Of a stretch of 64,000 bases of DNA, positions 1 through 10,010 are shown in pieces (position 1 is the stretch's first letter; the number at the start of each line of letters is the position of its first letter). This DNA is from a candidate division WOR-3 bacterium (GTDB lineage: Bacteria > Hydrothermota > 32-111). Location: NCBI GenBank assembly GCA_039804105.1, contig JBDRZU010000001.1:704001-768000 (forward strand), given 5' to 3'. Under the pieces are notes generated by a model. It made no database searches, was not told where the DNA came from, and saw nothing but the letters and a program-made list of their open reading frames with translations. The position numbers were made by a program, and so were the translations under genes.

Positions 1-351
1 GTATCTATGCCATTTTATTATGTTGGATGCCTCATCATCACCTATTATCAAAAAAAGTTCATCATTTTTATAATCATCTTTTAACCTTTTTAAGGTATAT
101 ATTGTGTATGATGGTAATGGAAGTGAACTTTCAATATCTGAAACAACAACCTCAGAAAAGTTCCTAAACGCTTCTGTTGCCATAGCAAGACGGATTCCAA
201 AAGGTGTAGAGTACTCTTCTTTCAAAGGTTGTCTATATGCTGGAATAACTATTATTTTCTCAACATACTTTTTATCTAAAATGTACTGGACAGAAAAAAT
301 ATGTCCTATATGAACAGGATCAAACCCTCCACCAAAAATACCTATTTTCAT
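1..351 (-). CDS. nadD: Nicotinate-nucleotide adenylyltransferase (3' part runs off window)
   Basis: Not in ORF track. Manual translation from ATG at 351 gives MKIGIFGGGFDPVHIGH...SDIE...PSYTIYTL...LFLIIGDD, with the HIGH motif and NadD signatures. ATGA overlap with the bamD stop. Confidence 0.92.
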   Translation of the reverse strand, partial: MKIGIFGGGFDPVHIGHIFSVQYILDKKYVEKIIVIPAYRQPLKEEYSTPFGIRLAMATEAFRNFSEVVVSDIESSLPLPSYTIYTLKRLKDDYKNDELFLIIGDDEASNIIKWHRY

Positions 352-1100
352 AGAAATTTTGAGATTTTATCGATTATCTTCTTACTCTCTTTGAAATATT
401 TACTATTTTCACTAACCTTTTGTAATATTTCGATAGATTTCTGATAGTTTTTATTCATAAACAATGCTCTTCCATAAGAAAAATAGTATCTATCCTTTAA
501 CTCGTTTTTAAGATTATCTTCATTGATCAACTCATAATAAATTTCCGCTGATCTGTATTTTTTCCCTCTGTAATAGAAATCACCTGTATGCAACTTTTTT
601 TCTTCGATCCGTGAAAGGAGTAGATTTAATAAGGAGTCAATTTCTTTGCTCCTTTCATCATCATAGTAACTCATCAAAAACTCTCTCATAACTCCTATTG
701 CCGAAAATGTTAAACTCTGATCGAACTGATATGGTGGTGCAATCTTAAAATAGGATATAGATAACTTATAGAGAGCATCCTTTTTCAGATTATAACTTTT
801 ATAATTTTTTATAAAATACTCAAATTCAACTATTGATTCAGTATACGATTTTTTATTAAAATATGAATCACCAAGGTAATATTGTGCAAGTTCAGTTTTT
901 TTGTTTGCAGGATATGTAAAAATATATTTTTGGAAAAGATCTATAGATTTATCCCATTTTTTTTGTTCGTAAAAATTTAATGCTTTATTAAAAAGTTCTT
1001 CATCTGAAATATCGATTTGGGACAATTTTTCCTTTTTCGCACAAGATATTATAAAAAAAAATAAAAACAATAAAAATATAATATAAAAATTTTTTCTCAT
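348..1100 (-). CDS. bamD: Outer membrane protein assembly lipoprotein BamD
   Basis: Lipobox IISC, TPR helices, PPYQFDQSLT motif, C-terminal 'FYYRGKKYRSAEIYY'. Confidence 0.85.
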   Translation of the reverse strand: MRKNFYIIFLLFLFFFIISCAKKEKLSQIDISDEELFNKALNFYEQKKWDKSIDLFQKYIFTYPANKKTELAQYYLGDSYFNKKSYTESIVEFEYFIKNYKSYNLKKDALYKLSISYFKIAPPYQFDQSLTFSAIGVMREFLMSYYDDERSKEIDSLLNLLLSRIEEKKLHTGDFYYRGKKYRSAEIYYELINEDNLKNELKDRYYFSYGRALFMNKNYQKSIEILQKVSENSKYFKESKKIIDKISKFL

Positions 1101-2008
1101 TTCATATTCCTTCTTAATATCTCTTTCAACTTTTCGTTCGCTTCATCAAGATTATCTGAAGATCCATAAACTTTTACATCAGAATATTCTTTAACTTTGT
1201 TGTAATGAAAGATCGCTTTATCAAAATCGTTCAGTTCAAAATATATGTTTCCAACATAAAGATGAGCATCATCAAGTAATGAAAGAGGAATGGGTTTGTT
1301 TATAAAATCAAGGAGCAGATTCAAAGCATCATCATAACTTTTTTTCTCATATTTTTCTTTAGCAATATAAAATTTGAGTTCACCTGCGATCACTTTAAAA
1401 TCTACATCTCCACTTGCTCCTTCGACTGAAAATTCATCAGAAGCTTTTTGAGCAATTATAAGAGCAGTATCAATTTTTTCTTCAATTTTATATATTTCTA
1501 TGAGCATTTTATAAACATTTACTTTTTCAGATGATGTTAAAGAGATGTTCAGAGAATTATTTAACATCAATTTTGCCTTTTGGAAATCTTTTCCATCATA
1601 GAAGTATTTCCCAAGATGATAGAAACCTATGTTAATATCATAAGTTGGACTCAGTTCGATTATTTTCAACCAGTACTTTACCGAATTTGCAGTATAACCT
1701 TTCATAAAATCAGTCATCGCAATATTTGAGTATGACTTCAAAACTCTACCTTTTAAAGAGGGATCGGTTTCAAGGGCAAGTGTATAAAAAGAATCTGCAA
1801 CTGATAGTTTTCTTAAATCTTTATACGCTTCAGCGAGATTGAAATAATCTTTGCCTGTTTTTTTACCTTTATTCTCAAGTATATTTATTACTTCAAAATA
1901 CTTCTTCTCCGATAACATTTTTTCAATTTTATCGCTCCCGCTGTTTGTACATGATGTTAACAAAGAAGAAAAAAATAAAGCAAAAATTACACTGTATAGA
2001 GATTTCAT
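1097..2008 (-). CDS. TPR-repeat lipoprotein
   Basis: Lipobox LTSC, several TPR-like repeats. Confidence 0.75.
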   Translation of the reverse strand: MKSLYSVIFALFFSSLLTSCTNSGSDKIEKMLSEKKYFEVINILENKGKKTGKDYFNLAEAYKDLRKLSVADSFYTLALETDPSLKGRVLKSYSNIAMTDFMKGYTANSVKYWLKIIELSPTYDINIGFYHLGKYFYDGKDFQKAKLMLNNSLNISLTSSEKVNVYKMLIEIYKIEEKIDTALIIAQKASDEFSVEGASGDVDFKVIAGELKFYIAKEKYEKKSYDDALNLLLDFINKPIPLSLLDDAHLYVGNIYFELNDFDKAIFHYNKVKEYSDVKVYGSSDNLDEANEKLKEILRRNMK

Positions 2009-2827
2009 TTAAAAAGTTACCTTTTCTAAAAATTTTGTTATCAGTTTTTTCAAGTTCTCTTCTGCTCTTTTTGCATTATTAACTACATATTCAAAAGATA
2101 CAGGTTCCATATGATCAGGAAGTCCCATATCTGTTATAACAGAAAACCCTACAACTGGAATATTCATATGTTTTGCTACAAGTGCCTCTGGAACCGTTGA
2201 CATTCCAACAGCATCAGCACCAAGTATTCTTATCATTCTGTATTCAGCACCTGTTTCAAGGTTTGGTCCCTGTATCGCAAGGTAAACTCCTTTTCTCAGA
2301 GGTATTTTAACTTCAAGTGCTGCTTCCTCTGCAATTTCTTGATATTTTTTTGGATATACTTCATAACCATCAGGGAATCTTGGACCAAGTTCATCAAGAT
2401 TTTTCCCTCTTAATGGATTACCTGGTAAAAAGTTGATGTGGTCAGTTATAAGCATTATTTCACCTGCTTTAAAAAGTGGATTGACACCACCCGCTGCATT
2501 TGAAACTATCAAAAGTTTTGCACCAAGATAAAGCATAACCCTAACAGGAAATGTTATCGTTTGGAAATCATAACCTTCGTAATAATGGAACCTACCAGCC
2601 ATCGCTATAACCTTTTTTCCAGCAAGTTCACCAAAAATAAGTTCACCAGCATGACTTTCAACAGTCGATATTGGGAAATCGGGAATATCTTTGTATGAAA
2701 GTTTTGCTTTCACATTTATAATCTTCCCAAGTTCAGACATACCTGTTCCAAGTATTATTGCAACTTCAGGATTCACAAAACCTTTTTCTTTTAAAAATTC
2801 AGATGTCTTTTTTATCTTCTCCATCAT
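2009..2827 (-). CDS. punA: Purine-nucleoside phosphorylase (trimeric type)
   Basis: ILGTG, GRFHYYEG, SNAAGG, GPNLET.AE and DAVGMST motifs. Start trimmed to MMEKIKK. Confidence 0.93.
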   Translation of the reverse strand: MMEKIKKTSEFLKEKGFVNPEVAIILGTGMSELGKIINVKAKLSYKDIPDFPISTVESHAGELIFGELAGKKVIAMAGRFHYYEGYDFQTITFPVRVMLYLGAKLLIVSNAAGGVNPLFKAGEIMLITDHINFLPGNPLRGKNLDELGPRFPDGYEVYPKKYQEIAEEAALEVKIPLRKGVYLAIQGPNLETGAEYRMIRILGADAVGMSTVPEALVAKHMNIPVVGFSVITDMGLPDHMEPVSFEYVVNNAKRAEENLKKLITKFLEKVTF

Positions 2828-3377
2828 TTTCACCTTCCTTTTTAATTTGACTGAATAAAGAACCAAAGTTAACTATTTTTTCTGGATGTTCTCTTAAGAC
2901 TTTGTTTATCTCATTAACTTCTATCTTATGTTCAACAACTTCCTGATCAAGTGTTTTAAAATATGATTCGAGAATACCTCTAAACCTTGATAAGAAATTG
3001 TTTTTTAATGTGATCAAACTTTTTATTTCATTTTTAAGATTGTTGAGTTCAGCTCTTGAACTTGCAAGATATGCTTCCGCCTCAAGTTGAGCGTTCTTTT
3101 TTATAATCTCTGCCTCTTTTAGAGCGTTTGCACGGAGTTCAGATGAACTTTTTGTTGCAGAAGTCAATGTTTCTTGCAATGTTTTTTCAAGATTTTTATA
3201 TCTTTCAAGTTCCTTTGAAAGGTTTTCAATCTGTTCTTTCAAATTATAATTCTCTTTTAAAAGTTCTTCAAACTGCTCTGAAACTGTATTCAAAAAAGTT
3301 GTTACCTCATGTATATCATAACCTTTCAAAGATTTTTTGAATTCCTGTTTTTTTATCTCCAAAGGAGTTATATCCAT
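2799..3377 (-). CDS. divIVA: DivIVA domain protein
   Basis: N-terminal ITPLEIKKQEFKKSLKGYDIHEV followed by coiled coil. Confidence 0.85.
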   Translation of the reverse strand: MDITPLEIKKQEFKKSLKGYDIHEVTTFLNTVSEQFEELLKENYNLKEQIENLSKELERYKNLEKTLQETLTSATKSSSELRANALKEAEIIKKNAQLEAEAYLASSRAELNNLKNEIKSLITLKNNFLSRFRGILESYFKTLDQEVVEHKIEVNEINKVLREHPEKIVNFGSLFSQIKKEGENDGEDKKDI

Positions 3378-3400
3378 TTTTCCTCCTAATATAAAAAATT

Positions 3401-3428
3401 ATTATATACCCCTAAGCAAAAAAATCAA
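3401..3428 (-). promoter_or_regulatory. Putative sigma70 promoter for divIVA operon
   Basis: TTGATT-16 bp-TATAAT, with AGGAGG RBS downstream. Confidence 0.5.
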
Positions 3429-3447
3429 TAATTTAAGGTTTTAAACT

Positions 3448-4899
3448 TCACATAAAAAATCTGAAACCACAATTTATCGACAACCCTTTTGGAGAATATC
3501 CTCCACCACCACTCCAAAAATATTGTGTTTTCACATTTAAAAATTTTAATAAGCCAAATGAAAATCCAAAGCCAAAACATCTTGGTTTTGACATCGACTT
3601 GTTAACCATGTTTGAAAAATCAAAAAGAGATATCAGATCACAAGAAAATTCAAGTGAAAAAGATTGATATCCACTTAACATAACAATAGGTAAATATTTT
3701 CCAAAAGTTTCTCCCTCTTTTGCAGGTGAAAAGTAGTAACCAATATATACCCCCCCACCTTCTTCAAGGACACCCAGTCCACCACCAAAATAGTTTCTCC
3801 CAACTGATCTCATATAATCGAGATTTACAAAAAAACCTTCATCTTTTATTCGAAAACCACTACTTGAACTATAATCTTGATACGAGTATGAAGAAGAAGA
3901 ACCAGAAAGTTCTTCATACTTTTCTTTTAATTTTTTTGTCAAATCGTTATATTCGCCATAAAAATCCTTAGCATTTATATATGCTTGATAATAACTTTCT
4001 CTTGCCTGTTTTTTATCATATTTCTGTTCATAAGTGAGTCCAAGCCAATCGTAAAGATTGATCACATTTTTTTTGGAATCTATTGATTTATAGTTATCCA
4101 GTGATTTTTTAAAATAAACTAATGCTGAGTCGTAGTTATATTGACCATAAAAGACCCTTGCAATAAGATAATAATTAAACGCATTAAATGAATATTCCTG
4201 TGGGAATTTTTCACCAATCTGCATTGCTGAAAAAAGATTTTTCTTCGCTTTTTCATAAGATTTATTGTAAAAATATGATTCTCCAAGTCGGGAATAGTCA
4301 TAAGCAAGAAAATCAAATTCTTTTCTTGGATCCTTTTTGTATGTTTTGGATAACATTTTTTTATCAAACTCCAAACTATTTTCAAAATAAACGATTGCAC
4401 TATCATAGTTGTTCACATTGTACAAATAGATCTGTCCTATATAAAACAAAACGAATGATATCCTCTCATTCTGATCATCAAATTGATAAAAGTATTTTTT
4501 CGATTTTTTATAATAATCAAGTGCCTGATAATAATTTTTATCACTCTCTTCTAAATTCCCAAGATAATAGTAATAATGACTGATAAGAAAACTTGAACCA
4601 TCTTCATACTGTTTTGCCTGTTTCAAATATTTCTTTGCTTTTTCATAGTTCTCTTTCTCAAAGTATGATGCACCAACATAAAAAAGAGCACCAAATTTAA
4701 AATTTTCTGAATAAATACTAAATAAATATTCATCACTGATAGTGGGTTCGAGAACTTCGATAATATCATCATACGACTTTAAATAAAAAAATGTTAAAGA
4801 ATCAAGTACTAAAATTGATTTTTCTGTTTCTGTTAGATCTGATAAAGAAAAAATATTAATAGATACCAAAATCAAAACTATAAAAATCAAATTTTTCAT
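3448..4899 (-). CDS. Secreted TPR protein with Ser-rich linker and beta-rich C-terminal domain
   Basis: Signal peptide, TPRs, SGSSSSYSYQDYSSSSG linker, Gly/aromatic-rich C-terminus. Confidence 0.7.
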   Translation of the reverse strand: MKNLIFIVLILVSINIFSLSDLTETEKSILVLDSLTFFYLKSYDDIIEVLEPTISDEYLFSIYSENFKFGALFYVGASYFEKENYEKAKKYLKQAKQYEDGSSFLISHYYYYLGNLEESDKNYYQALDYYKKSKKYFYQFDDQNERISFVLFYIGQIYLYNVNNYDSAIVYFENSLEFDKKMLSKTYKKDPRKEFDFLAYDYSRLGESYFYNKSYEKAKKNLFSAMQIGEKFPQEYSFNAFNYYLIARVFYGQYNYDSALVYFKKSLDNYKSIDSKKNVINLYDWLGLTYEQKYDKKQARESYYQAYINAKDFYGEYNDLTKKLKEKYEELSGSSSSYSYQDYSSSSGFRIKDEGFFVNLDYMRSVGRNYFGGGLGVLEEGGGVYIGYYFSPAKEGETFGKYLPIVMLSGYQSFSLEFSCDLISLFDFSNMVNKSMSKPRCFGFGFSFGLLKFLNVKTQYFWSGGGGYSPKGLSINCGFRFFM

Positions 4900-4901
4900 A
4901 G

Positions 4902-5579
4902 CTACCTCTCAATTATAGTGTCAAGATTTAACACAACACTAACAGGAACATAGAACCCATAAACATCGTATATATATTCTGAGTCCTTAACCATTCCAAC
5001 ACCCTCTTTATACCATCTTATATATTCATAAACATATCCATAGTATATTTCTCTTTCAAAAAATTTAACCTTAACTTTCCAGCATCCATCATAACCATTT
5101 ACATCCTCTTTTCCTTCAACGGATGCAACAAGTGTATCATACGAAGAGAAAAAATAATAATTCCCTGAATGTCCTTCCCATTTTTTGCCTTCATAAAGAG
5201 GAAAATCTAAAAATTTTATTGGATAATCTGTAAACAAACTCGTTCCATAAGAAAAAAATCCAAAATCGTTGATCGAATAATAAATATTATCGTAATACCA
5301 GAGTAAATAACCATTCTGATCGTATGCATATTTATTTAAAACCCATAACTTATCCCCAGTATCAATTTCTATCTGGTTTTCATTATAAAAATATTCAAGT
5401 TTTGAAACATTGTAATAGGTGTTAGTTCCATTGTTGATAACAGAATAAATATAAATTTTTTTTGGATCAACAGGCATAACTTCCTTTCCAGCACTATCGG
5501 AGAAAGGATTATAAGGACCTGAACAAGATAGTAAAAATAAAGCAAGAATTATGGGGAAAAAGATAATTATTCTTTTCAT
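4902..5579 (-). CDS. Hypothetical lipoprotein
   Basis: Lipobox LLSC, Tyr-rich beta-type sequence, 'WYKEGVGMVK' near the C-terminus. Confidence 0.7.
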   Translation of the reverse strand: MKRIIIFFPIILALFLLSCSGPYNPFSDSAGKEVMPVDPKKIYIYSVINNGTNTYYNVSKLEYFYNENQIEIDTGDKLWVLNKYAYDQNGYLLWYYDNIYYSINDFGFFSYGTSLFTDYPIKFLDFPLYEGKKWEGHSGNYYFFSSYDTLVASVEGKEDVNGYDGCWKVKVKFFEREIYYGYVYEYIRWYKEGVGMVKDSEYIYDVYGFYVPVSVVLNLDTIIER

Positions 5580-5598
5580 ACAATCTCCCTTTTTTTTG

Positions 5599-5626
5599 AT
5601 TCTATTAAAATATTTTCCACTGTCAA
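5599..5626 (-). promoter_or_regulatory. Putative sigma70 promoter
   Basis: TTGACA-16 bp-TAGAAT upstream of GGGAG RBS and the 5579 start. Confidence 0.6.
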
Positions 5627-5737
5627 TACAGTTTTCATTTTATTTTCGGGGACGGTGCTTGACTTTTTGACATTTTGCTGTAACTATTTTTAAATATACA
5701 TCTTGCAAAAAATTAAATGCTGGTTAAATTTACAAAA

Positions 5738-6324
5738 ATGGATTCAACAAAGATAATTTCAACAATATATATTTCAACTTTTTTTTGGTACTCTTGGTTA
5801 ATATTATTTTTAAACTAAAAACGGAAAAAAATAATATTTTTAACTTTTCCTTAAAAAGTAAAGATGGTATTTATTCATTTATAATCTTTTCATTCACAAA
5901 CATCTGGATTTTTGAAATTTTCAGGAATTCATTTTTTCCTTTTGATAATATTTTGTTTAAAAATTTTTTAACTTACTCAGTTTTTAAAATTTTTTCTGCA
6001 ATCCTTTTTTTGTTTGGAATAATATTTTATATAAGATCTTTGGTCGATTTAAACAGTGAATGGGTAGTTGGAACAGATCCGAAAAAAGTAAAACAACTTG
6101 TAACAACAGGTATCTATTCTTATACAAGAAATCCAATCTATATATTTTTCATAATATTTTATTTTTCCATCTTTTTACTTTTTGGATCAATTGAAATGTT
6201 TTTATTTTTTATAGCTGCAACATTTATATTTTACAGAATCGTTTTAATCGAAGAAAAAGAACTTGAAAAAAGATTTAAGGGTAAATATATAGATTACAAG
6301 AAAAAGGTAAAAAGATTCATTTGA
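5738..6324 (+). CDS. Isoprenylcysteine carboxyl methyltransferase (ICMT/PEMT)-family membrane protein, with apparent frameshift in T8 run at 5779-5786
   Basis: LVTTGIYSYTRNPIY and EEKELEKRF...Y..Y...V.RFI motifs. ATG 5738 (MDSTKIISTIYISTFF) joins the main frame if one T is added. Confidence 0.75.
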
Positions 6325-6331
6325 ATTCTTC

Positions 6332-6405
6332 TGGCTGGGGAGCAGGGATTCGAACCCCGATAGCATGATCCAGAGTCATGAGTCCTGCCGTTGGACGACT
6401 CCCCA
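6332..6405 (-). tRNA. tRNA-Gln(CTG)
   Basis: Cloverleaf TGGGGAG...CATGA-CT-CTG-GA-TCATG...GTTCGAATC...CTCCCCA-G-CCA. Confidence 0.95.
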
Positions 6406-6429
6406 ATTTTATGATAAGGTATAAAAGAG

Positions 6430-6501
6430 TAGCGGTACGGGGAATCGAACCCCGGTTTTATGGCTGAGAACCACACGTCCTAGCCGCTAGACGATACCGC
6501 C
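6430..6501 (-). tRNA. tRNA-Glu(CTC), CCA not encoded
   Basis: GGCGGTA...TGTGG-TT-CTC-AG-CCATA...GTTCGATTC...TACCGCT-A. Confidence 0.95.
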
Positions 6502-6504
6502 ATT

Positions 6505-7932
6505 TCAGGATTTTAATATATCAGATTCAAGAACTTTTGTCAAGCGTTTGAGAACCTCATCTTTTCCGAAAATTTCCATCATCAAGAACAACGATGGGCC
6601 TTCAGTTCTCCCTGAAAGTGCAACTCTTGTTGGATGAATTATATCACCACCTTTTATTCCCGTTTTTTCAACATAATTTTTAAAAACTCTTTCAATCTCA
6701 TGTTCTGTGAAACTTTCAAGAATTTTTAATTCATCGATTAAAACTCTTAAATGTTTCAACTTTTCTTCAACAAAATGTTTCTCAACTCCTTTTTTATCAT
6801 ACTCTTTTATATCTTTGAAAAAAAACTCTGTTAAATATGGAAAATCTTTCAAATATCGTGCCTTTTCCTTTACACTATAAACTATCTTTAAAATCTTTTC
6901 CTTATCAAACTTTTCAAGATCTATTCCATAATCTTTATAAAAAGGTTTTACAAGTTCATATAGTTTTTCATCTGAACTATTTGTGATATACTTTGAGTTC
7001 ATCCATTCAAGTTTTTTATAGTCAAATACTCCACCTTTTTTTGCAACTCTATCAAAAGAAAATAGTTCAATCATCTCATCAATCGTTAATATCTCCCTGT
7101 TATCACCAGGGCTCCAACCGATCAAAGCAATAAAGTTTACAAATGCTTCAGGAAGAACACCCATATCCCTGAAAGCGAGAACTGAAACGGTTCCAGACCT
7201 CTTAGAAAGTTTTGCTTTGTTTTCATCGAGTATCAAGGGTAGATGTGCAAATTCTGGAGGTTTCACACCGAGTAATCTATATATATGTATCTGTTTAAAA
7301 GTGTTTGATATATGGTCATCACCTCTTATCACATGAGTAATCCCCATCCTGTAATCATCAATCACAACTGCAAAATTGTAAACTGGTGTATTATCACTTC
7401 TGACTATAATAAAATCCTCTATTTCGCTGTTATCCTTTTCTATCCTGCCATGGATCAGATCATCAAAATATGTCTTACCTTCAGGGATAAAAACTCTCCA
7501 GACATAAGGTTTTTTTTCTCTAAGATTTTTTTCTATCTCTTCCTTTGAAAGGTTAAGACATTTTCTATCATATTTCCACGCTTTCTTCTGCGCAATAACC
7601 TGATTTTTTCTTTCTTCCAACTCTTCAGGGGTGCAAAAACATCTATATATCCCTCCACTCTTTTCAAGTTGTGGAATATGATCTATATAATGTGAAAAAT
7701 AGTCTGACTGAAAAAATGGACCCTCATCATAATTAAGTCCAAGCCATTTCAGTCCTTCTATGATTATCTCTGTCATCTCTTTCGATGACCTTTCAACATC
7801 AGTATCCTCAATTCTTAATATAAACTTACCTTTATTTTTCCTTGCGAAAAGATAATTATAAAGTGCTGTTCTTGCTGTTCCAACATGGAGATAACCTGTT
7901 GGACTTGGTGCTATTCTAACTCTTACTGTCAT
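6505..7932 (-). CDS. gltX: Glutamate--tRNA ligase
   Basis: RIAPSPTGYLHVG, RIEDTD, VIRGDDH, KLSKR. Start at MTVRVR. Confidence 0.97.
   Translation of the reverse strand: MTVRVRIAPSPTGYLHVGTARTALYNYLFARKNKGKFILRIEDTDVERSSKEMTEIIIEGLKWLGLNYDEGPFFQSDYFSHYIDHIPQLEKSGGIYRCFCTPEELEERKNQVIAQKKAWKYDRKCLNLSKEEIEKNLREKKPYVWRVFIPEGKTYFDDLIHGRIEKDNSEIEDFIIVRSDNTPVYNFAVVIDDYRMGITHVIRGDDHISNTFKQIHIYRLLGVKPPEFAHLPLILDENKAKLSKRSGTVSVLAFRDMGVLPEAFVNFIALIGWSPGDNREILTIDEMIELFSFDRVAKKGGVFDYKKLEWMNSKYITNSSDEKLYELVKPFYKDYGIDLEKFDKEKILKIVYSVKEKARYLKDFPYLTEFFFKDIKEYDKKGVEKHFVEEKLKHLRVLIDELKILESFTEHEIERVFKNYVEKTGIKGGDIIHPTRVALSGRTEGPSLFLMMEIFGKDEVLKRLTKVLESDILKS
6515..6543 (-). promoter_or_regulatory. Putative tRNA promoter embedded in the gltX 3' end
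   Basis: TTGACA-17 bp-(TGn)TATATT ending 14 nt before tRNA-Glu. Confidence 0.55.
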
Positions 7933-9415
7933 TTTGCCTCCGTGCAATCTTTATATATACAAAAAGAATGAAAAGATAGATTAAAATTTTTCCAGCAATA
8001 TTATCAGAATAAACAAAAAATGTCAACCTATCGTTTAATCTAACAGTTTCCGTCTTGACCTCTTTTTTTCCAATAGCACTTTTCCAGATTATGTTTCCAT
8101 ACCAATCTATTACACCAGAAATTCCAGGATTTGAAACTCTTACAAGGTATCTTCTGTTTTCGACCGATCTTAAAATACCAGAATAAAAATGTTGTTTTAA
8201 ACCATCACCTTTAATAAACCAGATATCCTCAGAAACATTTATCAGAAACTGTGCACCATTTTTTGAAAAACCTGAAACGAATTTTGGAAAGATCGATTCA
8301 AAACAAATATATCCAGAAAACTTTTTTCCATCATAAGCAAAAACTTTTTGAGTTTCTCCTGGAGAATATTCACCCTGTCCATAATCAAGTTTTTTTATCA
8401 AAGAAACTTTATCATCATAAGGTAAATGTTCGACAAAGGGAACAAGTCGTATTTTATCATAGTATTCTATTGAAGAATCAGGTTTAAAAAGGAAAATTGA
8501 ATTATAGTACTTGTCATCCTCTTGAGATTCCCTTATCGCTCCAATAAAAATAAATCTTTTGTTTGCAGATGAAAAATCTTTTAAGTATCTTCTAAAAGGT
8601 GATTCGTATGAAAAGAATATCGGTGAAGATGTTTCGGGAAAAACCAATATTTCACCATCATCCTGTAACGATAATTCAAGGAGTTCTTTTATCATATTGA
8701 CTCTGTAATCGACAAAATCTCTGTATGACTCTTTCATATAACCTTCAAGGTTTGGCTGTATCAGAGTTATTCTTGGTTTCTTATCTTTTGTTGAAAAATC
8801 TTTCTTCAAAGAATATATTCCATAATAAAAGATGAAAAGGAAAAAAATTATAAAGATCAAAAGATAGAGTTTTACATTTTTTCTATCAGCAAAACTTTTA
8901 TACATCAAAACTGCGTAAAGAATTACAAAAAATGTTATAAGGTATGAACCACCGATATCTGCTGTTTGGATAAAAAGAGGATATTTTACAAGAGAAACTG
9001 AGGGAAACAACCATATAAAAGAAAAATCTCTTGTTGAACTCATCAAAATCTCTATTACAGAATAAGCAATCGGAATCACAAAGATTTCAAAATTTTCTAT
9101 AGAAAAAACAAAGAATGGTATCGAGAAAAGAAAAGCATAAAGTGCTGAAAGAAAAAACCAACCAAAAAATAAAAGAACTTTCTGAAGACCTGTAAGATCA
9201 ACATTCAGATTCAAAATCCATAAAAGTGTTAATAACCAGTAAATAAAAAAAATCAAAAATATTATTTTTTTTCTGTTCTTTTTAAAAAGTGAAATTGTAA
9301 AAATAATCAAAGCAAAAAATGGAATATAGAGAAAACCAAAATCTATAAATTTGAGAGAAAGATATAGAAAAAATGGTGATAAAACAATAAGAAAAAATTT
9401 AACAAAAATAAACAT
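7916..9415 (-). CDS. lnt: Apolipoprotein N-acyltransferase
   Basis: Multiple TM helices plus nitrilase domain: VFPET, YDKIRLVPFVE, ICFES, RSVENRR. Confidence 0.92.
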   Translation of the reverse strand: MFIFVKFFLIVLSPFFLYLSLKFIDFGFLYIPFFALIIFTISLFKKNRKKIIFLIFFIYWLLTLLWILNLNVDLTGLQKVLLFFGWFFLSALYAFLFSIPFFVFSIENFEIFVIPIAYSVIEILMSSTRDFSFIWLFPSVSLVKYPLFIQTADIGGSYLITFFVILYAVLMYKSFADRKNVKLYLLIFIIFFLFIFYYGIYSLKKDFSTKDKKPRITLIQPNLEGYMKESYRDFVDYRVNMIKELLELSLQDDGEILVFPETSSPIFFSYESPFRRYLKDFSSANKRFIFIGAIRESQEDDKYYNSIFLFKPDSSIEYYDKIRLVPFVEHLPYDDKVSLIKKLDYGQGEYSPGETQKVFAYDGKKFSGYICFESIFPKFVSGFSKNGAQFLINVSEDIWFIKGDGLKQHFYSGILRSVENRRYLVRVSNPGISGVIDWYGNIIWKSAIGKKEVKTETVRLNDRLTFFVYSDNIAGKILIYLFILFVYIKIARRQNDSKS

Positions 9416-10010
9416 TTCTATTTTCTACTTTCCATTTTGAAAATAACAATTTTTTCATAACCTCAAAATAGAGTTGATGTTCTTTTTCAAGAATTTTTTT
9501 CGAAACATCTTCAACACTTTTTGCATCAGAAATATCAACACACATCTGTGCTATTATCGGTCCCGTATCAACACCTCTATCAACAAAGTGAACAGTACAT
9601 CCTGAAATTTTTACACCGTATTCAAATGCCTGCTTCTGTGCATCCTTCCCTTTGAATGAAGGTAGAAGAGAAGGATGTATGTTTACAATTTTCAAATAAT
9701 ATTTTTCAACTATTTTTATAGGGATTATTCTCATAAAGCCCGCAAGGAGAATAAGATCTGGAGAAAAATCTTCAAGTATCTCTAAAAGTTCAACTTCTCC
9801 CTCATCTTCAATTTTCCATCCTTTTTTAAGATTTTTTAAAACTTTCGTTTTAACATCAAACTTTTCTGCCTTTTTCAAACCTTCTGCATCAGGATTATCT
9901 GATATTACAAGAAAATCTATCTGAAGTTTTTCTTCAAAAGATTTTACAAGAAGGGACTCCATATTGGAGCCCCTTCCAGATATAAGTATTGCAACTCTTT
10001 TATTCATCAC
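9399..10010 (-). CDS. purN: Phosphoribosylglycinamide formyltransferase
   Basis: ILISGRGSNM, LAGFMRI, NIHPSLLP, GCTVHFV...DTGPII. Confidence 0.96.
   Translation of the reverse strand: MMNKRVAILISGRGSNMESLLVKSFEEKLQIDFLVISDNPDAEGLKKAEKFDVKTKVLKNLKKGWKIEDEGEVELLEILEDFSPDLILLAGFMRIIPIKIVEKYYLKIVNIHPSLLPSFKGKDAQKQAFEYGVKISGCTVHFVDRGVDTGPIIAQMCVDISDAKSVEDVSKKILEKEHQLYFEVMKKLLFSKWKVENRNVYFC

Noticed and set aside
6294..6476. 60-aa minus-strand ORF
   Set aside because: It is a translation of the two tRNA genes.
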